Part shown: positions 31,046 through 64,000 of the stretch, piece after piece
How positions within the stretch are numbered: the first letter of the stretch is position 1
Layout of the letters: the number at the start of each line of letters is the position of its first letter
Source: Macrostomum lignano
Taxonomy: Eukaryota
DNA: 64,000 bases
Direction of reading: 5' to 3'
Assembly (NCBI GenBank): GCA_002269645.1
Contig: NIVC01003471.1
Span: 1 to 64,000, forward strand
The notes under the pieces: model-generated
What the model was told of the DNA's origin: nothing
What the model saw: only the letters and a program-made list of their open reading frames with translations
Database searches by the model: none
Made by a program: the position numbers and the translations under genes

Positions 31046-34000
31046 GGCTCTACGAGCGAAGCGACAATCATAAACATACTCAATTCTCAACCATATATTA
31101 ACTCTGTGCGTGCCATGCGTCTAATTGAATACCATATTAAGTTTTATGAGCCTCTTTAAAGGTGACCCAACAAAAGGTGCGCATTTATGCTCTTGAAGCC
31201 CTCGTTGATCATCGTCTGTAGTTAAGCTGAGGCTTGCCTTTTTTGTTACATGTAGTAGCAGTTTATTCTTGAATATCTACTCAACAGCTGATTTTTGAGC
31301 CATCAGCATCCACCGATTGTACTCACTAGTTCGCAGTTACTTTGCCTATACGCAAGCTTGGAGTCCGCCAGGATTCCCAATTACTGTTTAAACATCTCAA
31401 AGTTTTTGTATTGTAGATTTTACTATAAGCTGATCCCCTCTTGCTCAAACTGTTGCATCCCAAAGTCTGCACGGAACTTTCTGAACCAATGCATCGCCCG
31501 GCATTGCATGCCATATATTGTCGTTTCTAGCATATTATAAATACACATGTAAATGTTGTTCTGGGCCATCGTGGATCGAGTGAAGCTCTAACATTACGAG
31601 ATACAGATACTAAACGTCCTAAAATGAGCTTTTAGTTACTTGGTTACAGAACTTTTTTGACTTAACGTTATTACATGTACATGTAAAAGTTGGACTTTGA
31701 CAGTAACATTTTGAATTACAATTCTTTATTGCACGTACATCGATCTCTAGTTTAGCTAGGAGACAAAAAGTTATACTTTAAAAGTTTGATCTGGTTCTAG
31801 AACCAGAACAAGCAATATGAAAAGGCCCAGTGTCGTATCGGACAAGCTTGTGCCGACATAGTGTTGAAGCAGGACGGTTAAACTTTTGAATGAACAGATT
31901 TAACCGTTGGCAGATTTACCCACACAATACGAGATTAAAAATCTTATCTGTAAAAGCAAAGTGTAATACATTGTTAAATTTCGACTTACCAATAATAAAA
32001 TATATTTCTTTTGTCAAAGTAGGCCTATTCAAGTTCAATTGCATTTGTAACAAATAATTGATAAATAATTGAAAAATCTCTATAATTTATATATAAGGAC
32101 AGATACGTCTAAGGCAAAACCGTAGCCCTAACCATAACCATAATGATCACATAATATTAAACCTTAACCTAAACAGAGACATAAAGATATCGGGTATATC
32201 GAGTTGACTGAGAAAAATTTGAAAGCAATGATACCCGGTTTTAAAAAATTCGTTAAAACAATATTTTGATAGTTTTGTGCTACAAAATTAATTAATTAAA
32301 TTAACTTTGTTAAAGCTATAAAACTTATAATTATACCAAGACGTTTCTATCGCATTAAATAGCTAAAGCTCTTGAATTTTTTCAAATTTATTGTGTTTCT
32401 GCTTTGTTGACAATTTGATGGAAAACATGAAGAATTAATTTGATGAGATTGTTGAACTTTTTTACTGATGATGTTAAAGATTTAATTCTCTTATGAATCG
32501 ATGACTAAGCCTACATGTTCTAAAGACAGCTATTTCAGTGCAAGACAAGAGATGATCAGTGCGCATTGGCATTATGCAACGCCTTCAGCGTCTTTCACAG
32601 TATAGTTTTAGGTAGGGGCTAATCCCCTAGTCCCCTGAGCCTTGGCTAGGCCTAGCCTAAGAAAAAATGTATTTATAATTCATTGCTGTATTATGCCTAT
32701 CGCATTTGCAATATTTGCCACTTTGGCGCATTATTATAGCATTTTTTTGCTTAAGCACATTTTGGTATAATATTTCATCCTGCCTTTTTTAGGCCTAGTC
32801 CATTCCATTTGACCCTTTCTACTTTAACTAGGCCTAACACAGTAATATCATTGATTTTTCTCTACTCTACCCTTCCTGCCTTCCAATTTTCCACTAGGTG
32901 GCCTAGGCTGATTATTTTATAATATTTAAACAGGACCTTAAAAAACTCAATTAAGCCTTAAGGGGCCTAGTTCAATTTCAAATATATTCAAATTCAATAC
33001 AATAGGCATAGGCCTATAGAGCAAATTAGGCCTATACAAAATTGAAAAAGAAAAAGTACTTTGAGGCCTAGCCTAGGTCAATACAAAAAGCTATATATAA
33101 ATAGATATAATTTTTGTGTCATTTAAAAGTATTTAATATGATTTTCTTAAAAAAGAACTTAAACTCCTATAATCAATTTTGATTTAATATTTCAAGAGAT
33201 ATATGTATTTAGAATAAAGAGGATAATCAATCATAGACTTATTGAACCCATAGACAAAATGACACATATAAGCTATCTAGTCAAATAATCTAGCTTTATG
33301 CCTTTAGTAAGCAATCAAGCAATCAAGGAACCTAACAAAGTTAGTTTGGTATAATTTATCTAGGCCTATCTTTTGTCAACACTTGTAAACTATAGAATTT
33401 AGCTAGGCAATCTAGTCTAGTTTACTAGCAATTTTATTTAAAGATATTTGGCAATAAGGCCTAGTCTTCACTCTTTATTCATTAAGTCAAGAATATGATT
33501 CATTAGTTAGACTAATATTATAGATCTTTTTATGCTTGACATAGGCCTATCATTTATAGTTCTTATAGACTTTAACTTTTTTTACTTATATATTAAATAT
33601 TATTTTACAGATAGAATAGTTACCATATATAGTGTAGAGTTGCTTCTGACTATTAGGCCTAGCTAGTGCATTGGAGCTTCAAAGTCTAATATATAATTGC
33701 TATTTATTATCTTATATTATAATTGCATAGAAGGGTTTAAAAATATGAAAGGTTATAATAAATTAATATTGCCATTAAAGTTCTACTATAAACAATTTTT
33801 ACCTATGTCTAATTATATCTACTAGCTATATCTCAATTTGTATATAATACACCTATATCTATATCTTTATCTATAGCTTCTATTCTAGTAACTTTCTTGC
33901 TATGCTTGCAATATGCCACTAGCTAGCAATACTTGGCAAAAATTTCATAGATGGGACACTTGGAATTCTTGATATTGGCTATTATAATTAAAAGAATGTA

Positions 34001-34818
34001 GCTGTGACTAGTGTTCTATAGACACTATATGCCTATTAATATGGCTATTAACTTGATTTTTTTTATTGATTTTCTATTTTTTCCCTCTGTTTCTTCTTTT
34101 GCCTATTCTCTCTTTCCCCTCTCCCTTCTTTTTTCCTTTCTTTCCTCTTCAATAGGATTCATCTAACTTAAGCCTTTACTATCCCAGCCACAATGTGCAA
34201 GCTTTAAAACTAGAAACATTTATTGATTTTGGAAAATTTTATATTGCTTTACTCCTATCTATCAAACCAATGGCTCTAATGATCTTTCAAGTCTTAAGTC
34301 TTCTAAGTTTATTGATTGTCCTAGATATGAAAATATATTTCCCATAACTATATCCATATCAATATTTCTGTCTAAAACTCTCCATAATTTCCTATAGCTA
34401 CATCTATAGCTACAGTGGAACTCTAATTGCTATGCATTTGTAGTTTATAGGCATGATGTGGACAGTGATAGTTAAAATTTGAGTCCCTAAACATGCCCTT
34501 GATTGGTTGATACAGTGATACACACAGTATTTATAAAGCTTGATTGACTAGCTACTACTAGTTCATTCGCTATTGGTAATAATATACTAATATAGCATTT
34601 ATTTTAATGGACACAAAAGACAGAATTAAAATATTGTGTTTCTTTAGAAAAGGTCTTCTACTTTTATGCAAACAGTGACAGTACAAAATTTATCATTTTG
34701 GAACTAAGAGTTATTGCCATAAAAATCATTGCCTATTTAATCAGAACCAATGATCAGAACATTTAAAGATGTCTAAAACTTTTATTTATGTAAAGTTTCA
34801 TGTCCCAAACAGGCTGAA

Positions 34819-57708
<22,890 letters not shown>

Positions 57709-57869
57709 TTTAGTGAAATCGGGAGGAGGCGCAGCTGACTCCGCATTGACAATTTCTTTAGATTTTGTTTCCGTGTCTGACTGATTGGTTTGGTTCTGTT
57801 TGCTTCTTGCTTCTCTGTCAAGCTGGTTGGTTTTTAGTTACTGCTTACTGTGTTATTATTACATACTGG

Positions 57870-58450
57870 TAGCATTTTTGGTTGCTATGGTAGCAAAATT
57901 GGTTGCTATGTTAGCATTATTGGTTGCTATGGTAGAAAAATTGTTTGCTATGTTAGCATTTTTGGTTGCTATGGTAGCAAAATTGGTTGCTATGTTAGCA
58001 TTATTGGTTGCTATGGTAGCAAAATTGGCTGCTATGTTAGCATTATTGGTTGCTATGGTAGAAAAATTGGTTGCTATGTTAGCATTATTGGTTGCTATGG
58101 TAGCATTATTGGTTGCTATGGTAGCATTATTGGTTGCTATGGTAGCAAAATTGGTTGCTATGTTAGCATTATTGGTTGCATGGTAGCAAAATTGGTTGCT
58201 ATGTTAGCATTATTTGTTGCTATGGTAGCATTTAATGGTCGATGGTAACATCCTTGGTTGCAATGGTAACATCACTGTCTGGTTGCTATGATAGCATTTA
58301 ATGGTTGCTATGGTAGTATCACTGCTTAGTTGCTACGGTAGCATTCTTAGTTACTATCGTAACATCACTGGCTGGTTCCTGTGGTAGTATCACTAGCTGA
58401 TTTAATGGTTGCTATGGTAGCAGTACTGATTGGTCGATATGGTAGCAGCA
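57870..58450. repeat. 21-bp minisatellite (ggttgctatggtagcaaaatt) just 3' of the GBF1 stop
   Basis: Direct, decaying toward 58450. Confidence 0.9.
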
Positions 58451-59741
58451 CTAAATGGTATATTGAAAATACTAGTTAATTCTTATTGCTTTCAGTGGGG
58501 ACCAGCTTTAATTCCAATTTAATCGATGATAAAATATTTGATTCCCAGACTCAATGTGCGCTTGTTTTACTCAAAGACTCAAAGTTTTATTCCATTTGTC
58601 TGTTTATATCCAGCTTTTTGAGTCTAGTGATTGAAGAATATTGTCTTTTATTAAATCATATTTACTGATTCTGATTTTCGAACTTGACCCCCTCATCCTA
58701 AAGCTCTCGACCCTGCCTTTCTTCCAGTCAGCTGTGTGGAACCCCCACTCAGCTGCATTCGTGCCCCCCTCTGGCCTGACCTTTTCTGTGTGGCTTGCAG
58801 CTCTACTTGTGCATGCGTCCAACTGGCATCCTGATATCTGATATCAGCCTAAATCAGTGTCAGCATGATCGCTAATATCTGACACTAGTATCAGCCTAAA
58901 TCTGTGTCAGCATGATCGCTAATATCTGACACTAGTATCCGTCTCAATCGCTGAGTTAGTGTCAGATAACCACCTAGTGGGTGTCAGAGGACCAAAAGTT
59001 AGTGTCAGATTTGGCTCCATTATATTGAGGGCCATCTGACACGGAATTCATTGAAGCAACGCCCCTGCTCTGCTCTGTTCTAAGCATGAATGATCATCCG
59101 CTTTGCCCGTTTTCATTGGTTTCTGGGAATCGCTTACTCAATGCGGAAATGCTGACTTCCTGTGCTTCAGCTCTGGCGCAATTCTAATTGTATCCGAATA
59201 CTATCACTATATTATTTATTAATATCGTTAACAAGTTTATATGTTCGATATTCACTACTTATGCGTGCACATTTTTGGTCAGTAGTATATAGCAGCGGGT
59301 GTTGTAAACGTGAATAATTTTATTAATCACCCAGTACTGTAGTTGTCAGGCTGGCAGCAGTGTCACACTATGTTTTCTGTTTGTTCTGGTTATACCGTCT
59401 TCTCAGCCTGATTCTGTCTGTCGATTGTGTTGTCCTCTCGTGTCCAAGCCTTTTTTGTGCCCCCTTCCCCTCTGCTATAATTGTTTTCTTACAGATGACA
59501 GACAAATATAAATTCAGAGAAAATCTTTTTTGCTTTTTGAAGCTGTCCGGATTGGCGTATTTGGCGACTGAAACAGCTGTGATTGCTTTCTTGTCTTCAT
59601 TGCTAAGTAAATAGTTTAGCCAGCAGATTAGCAATACGACACGAGAATCGCTTTATTTTACAATTTTAAGACTGCCAAAATAGGTTGAAAAAAGGCCCTA
59701 TTATTCTACTTATCAGTAGTGCAGCATTTTCTATCTTGCTG

Positions 59742-62237
59742 ATGCTGCTGCCGTTGCTCGTGCTCAGCCTGCTTGCCGCACAGACTGCAGCCCAGCCAGA
59801 CAATGTCACCCTCATCGGCGCCCAGTTCCTGGACTCCTCCGTCAGCCTGACTGTTGGCAGGTCAGCTCACCTGTCCATCAGACTCAATCAGTCATTCTCA
59901 GCCGGTGACTACCTGTACTTCACCTACCAGGCCGACTCTCAGTCACCGGTGCTGCCCTATCAGGAGCACCAGGTTGTGCTGCCTCTGCCGGCTGTTTACC
60001 TGCCCCCCAATGCCACTGCGGCTGAGCTCAACATCACCGGCTGGGATGCTGGCCGCCTCAGCATTGGCGTGAACTCCACCAACCCGGACTTCTTCAACAA
60101 CCACAGCGTCTTTGTCCGGGTCACCGTGGCTAAGAGTGACGTCATTGACGACTTCAACTTTGTGGTCGGCATTCTGTACGTGGTGCTCTGGTCCATGTCG
60201 TTTTACCCGCAGACTGTGCTCAACTATAGACGGAAGTGAGTTTTCTCGTTTGAGTCCTCTGTGCTGTGAGGTTCTCTGAGTCCTCTAGGCTGTGAGGTTC
60301 CTTGAGTCCTCTGTGCTGTGAGGTTCTGTGAGTCCTCTGTGCTGTGAGGTTCTGTGAGTCCTCTGGGCTGTGAGGTTCCTTAAGTCCTCTGCTGTGAGGT
60401 TCCTTGAGTCCTCTGTGCCCTAACCCTAAGGATTATGGTTAGGGTTAGGGCTGGCTGTCAACAGTCACAGGCCCCAGTCCAGCTGTGGTGGAGGCTGCAG
60501 TCCAGCCATGCCGCACCCGCAGGTCGGTGGTTGGCCTCAACTTCGACTTCATCGGGCTGAACCTGCTGGGCTTCTGCGCCTACGCGGCCTTCAATGTGTG
60601 CCTGTACTGGGTGGCGCCGGTGCAGGAGCTGTACTTCAAGCGGCATCCGCGCGGCGTCATCCCCGTGGAAATCGCCGACGTGGTGTTCGCTTTGCACGCA
60701 GTTGTCATCACCTCTGTGCAGGTGAGAAAGTCACTCGGACTTGCTGGTTGCCAGATCAGAGACTGCAGCCGGGAGAGAATGTTGATGCGCACTACTAATA
60801 GTGCGCAACTCAGAAACGTCATTGCTTGTCCAACTGGGGCATTGCTCTAAAAGAAGAAAGAGCATTGTTATAAAATTATTTTGCCTTTAAAACTTTGAGG
60901 ATTTTTGTGAGGTGTACACGCGTATTCTTGGAAGAGCGGATTAAAGGTAAAAGCGGTTCAAATATATCAGTTGCAGTCTGCAATGCTTGCTCAGACTCTT
61001 GTGCCATTGGATCGTCATCAAATTTATCCGATATTTCAATCGCTGTCACCCCCACCGGGATCGCCAGGTGGTTCAGTGCTGCCTGTACGAGCGCGGCGGG
61101 CAGCGGGTGTCCCTGACTGCCCGCCTGCTGCTGGCCGCGATGCTGCTGTTCCTGCTGGCTGCCCTGCTGGTGTCCGCCTTCTGGCAGGCCGGCTTCGACT
61201 GGCTCAACTATCTGTACTGCGTGTCCTATGTGAAGCTGACCGTCACCCTCATCAAGTACTCGCCTCAGGCTTACATGAACTACAAGTAAGTGGCTTAGGT
61301 GGCTCTGCTCCCGTTTGCCCAGCCTCTGGCTACAGTTTGGTGGCTCTGATGCCCTCACATGGCTAACCTTACCGACCATAGCTTATCTTGCGCTCATTTC
61401 TTCACATAGCCCTCCATCTTTCCATATTCATTTTCTATCTTCCCACACTCCTTTCCACCTTCCCACACTCCTCCCCATCTTCCCACATACATCCCTACCT
61501 TCCCACACTCCTTCCCATCTTCCCACATACATCCCTACCTTCCCACACTCCTTCCCATCTTCCCACATACATCCCTACCTTCCCACACTCCTTCCCATCT
61601 TCCCACATACATCCCTACCTTCCCACACTCCTTCCCATCTTCCCACATACATTCCTACCTTCCCACACTCCTTCCCATCTTCCCACATGCATTCCTACCT
61701 TCCCACACTCCTTCCCATCTTCCCACACTGCACTCATTCTCCCTATCTAGATCTTACCGCATCCCTCGTCTTTTCCCGCTGCTTCTTAATTCACATCCTC
61801 CTAGGCATGCCTTCCCATCCTTAGACCCAGGCTCCAACCTTTCCTTCCCAACTGAACTCCACACGCTCCCCAGACGGCAGTCGACAGACGGCTGGTCCAT
61901 CGGGACGATCTTCACCGACTTCAGCGGCGGCGCGCTCAGCATCCTGCAGATGATGCTGCTGGCCTACAACTACAACGACTGGCCCTCCATCATGGGCGAC
62001 CCGACCAAGTTCGGCCTGGGGCTGGTTTCCATCCTGTACGACTGCGTCTTCTTCGTGCAGCACTACGGGCTCTACGGCGAGCCGGCGAGGCGGCGGCGAC
62101 AGCGACGGCTGCTGCGCGTGTCTGCGACGGAGGCTGCCGACTCGCCCGCCGTCAATCAGCCGCCCACTGCCGCCGCAGAGCAGCCCGACGAGGGTCAGCC
62201 GGGCGATGCCGATGATAACAAACCGCTGCTGGGTTGA
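59742..62237 (+). CDS. CTNS: Cystinosin (PQ-loop lysosomal cystine/H+ symporter), 424 aa; exons 59742-60235, 60523-60721, 61068-61285, 61874-62237
   Basis: Signal peptide and luminal domain; WSMSFYPQTVLNYRRK|SVVGLNFDF; VVQCCLYERGGQRVS; IKYSPQAYMNYK|RQSTDGWSIG..DFSGGALSILQM; GDPTKFGLG. Spliced CDS is 1275 nt in frame. Confidence 0.95.
60250..60417. repeat. 26-bp minisatellite (gagtcctctgtgctgtgaggttctct), CTNS intron 1
   Basis: Direct. Confidence 0.9.
61440..61730. repeat. 40-bp pyrimidine-rich minisatellite (tcccacactccttcccatcttcccacatacatccctacct), CTNS intron 3
   Basis: Direct. Confidence 0.92.
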
Positions 62238-62254
62238 GCAGCGTGGGAATGTCC

Positions 62255-62303
62255 GCTGTCTGTCTGTCTGCTGTCTGTCTGTCTCTGTCTGTCTGTCTGT
62301 CTC

Positions 62304-62338
<35 letters not shown>

Positions 62339-62341
62339 TAG

Positions 62342-62394
<53 letters not shown>

Positions 62395-62479
62395 TAGTGT
62401 CTGTCTGTCTGTCTGTCCTTCTGTCTGTCTGTCTGTCTGTCCTTCTGTCTGTCTGTCTTAGTGTCTGTCTGTCTGTCTC

Positions 62480-62526
<47 letters not shown>

Positions 62527-62529
62527 TAG

Positions 62530-62596
<67 letters not shown>

Positions 62597-62705
62597 GTCT
62601 GTCTGTCTGTCTGTCTGTCTTAGTGTCTGTCTGTCTGTCTGTCCTTCTGTCTGTCTGTCTGTCTGTCCTTCTGTCTGTCTGTCTTAGTGTCTGTCTGTCT
62701 GTCTC

Positions 62706-62752
<47 letters not shown>

Positions 62753-62755
62753 TAG

Positions 62756-62822
<67 letters not shown>

Positions 62823-62839
62823 GTCTGTCTGTCTGTCTC

Positions 62840-62878
<39 letters not shown>

Positions 62879-62899
62879 TAGTGTCTGTCTGTCTGTCTC

Positions 62900-62946
<47 letters not shown>

Positions 62947-62974
62947 TAGTGTCTGTCTGTCTGTCTGTCTGTCT

Positions 62975-63015
<41 letters not shown>

Positions 63016-63032
63016 GTCTGTCTGTCTGTCTC

Positions 63033-63071
<39 letters not shown>

Positions 63072-63152
63072 TAGTGTCTGTCTGTCTGTCTTAGTGTCTG
63101 TCTGTCTGTCTGTCTTAGTGTCTGTCTTTCTGTCTGTCTGTCTGTCTGTCCT

Positions 63153-63213
<61 letters not shown>

Positions 63214-63277
63214 GTCTGTCCTGTCTGTCTGTCTGTCTGTCTGTCATTCTGTCTGTCTGTCCTTCTGTCTGTCTGCC

Positions 63278-63313
<36 letters not shown>

Positions 63314-63449
63314 CTTCTGCCTGTCTGTCTCTGTCTGTCTGTCTGTCTCTTTATCTGTCTGTCTGTCTGTCCTGTCTGTCTGTCTGTCTGTCTGTCTGTC
63401 TGCTGTCTGTCTGTCTGTCTGTCTCTTTGTCTGTCTGTCTGTCTGTCTA

Positions 63450-63484
<35 letters not shown>

Positions 63485-63504
63485 GCTGTCTGTCTGTCTG
63501 TCTC

Positions 63505-63551
<47 letters not shown>

Positions 63552-63554
63552 TAG

Positions 63555-63619
<65 letters not shown>

Positions 63620-63620
63620 C
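62255..63620. repeat. Long (TCTG)n microsatellite immediately 3' of the CTNS stop
   Basis: Direct. Confidence 0.97.
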
Positions 63621-64000
63621 CTGCTTAGAGATAATTTGTGTTCTATTATCCAGCTCTTAGACGCAATAATGTCTCAAATGTACCTGCTTTTTCGTCTGCT
63701 GATTTTTTGCGCGCTTATTTATTCATGCAAATATGACAGTCGAAAGTCCGCACCAAGTGTGCTTATATACTACTTTACCAAGTAGCCTCTGCTTGTCTGA
63801 TTTGACTTGCTAGGATAAATCAACAGGGTTGAAATTTTGCGCAGACAAACCTGCTGCTCTTATGGCCTTTCGACTGTGTGCAGCATCTCAACTGTATGCC
63901 AATCTGGTCAGCAATCTCATGCTCACTATCTAAATCGAATGCTATTACTGATGCTTATGATAAGTTGTATTGCTATCTGTACTTTTCAATCAATTGATGG

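Noticed and set aside
33840-34440. Hidden ORF in the CpG-free block under an alternative code (TAA/TAG=Gln) or a mitochondrial insertion
   Set aside because: All frames examined contain many stops, including TGA, and no recognisable protein motif. The TAA/TAG excess follows from TpA enrichment.

Overview
Eukaryotic, repeat-rich invertebrate DNA with GC-rich exons, GT-AG introns and most long introns filled by minisatellites. The style resembles the flatworm Macrostomum, but that is inference. Four spliced host genes lie on the + strand. (1) A cytoplasmic intermediate-filament gene with a lamin-tail domain (881-5749). (2) A signal peptide + 5xCUB + LDLa + TM receptor gene with LEV-10-like architecture (12672 to about 30365). 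(3) GBF1, an Arf-GEF with 16 coding exons and 2016 aa (34819-57708). (4) Cystinosin (59742-62237). An intact, very young Gypsy/Mag-like LTR retrotransposon (35081-39405, identical 213-bp LTRs, CTACC TSD) sits antisense in GBF1 coding intron 1. About 30 tandem-repeat arrays, a tRNA-headed SINE-like element and several hairpins/palindromes are also present. Nearly all long repetitive ORFs in the track are translations of satellites, not genes. I found no clearly new multi-gene system. The most unexplained signals are a sharply bounded 1.84-kb block with no CpG and a dense TAGGCCTA cluster just upstream of GBF1, the zero-UTR retrotransposon layout, a CCAAT/E-box palindrome, and frameshifts confined to the two left-hand genes. 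Exon structures were assembled by eye from splice motifs, phase and family similarity. Repeat boundaries are approximate.
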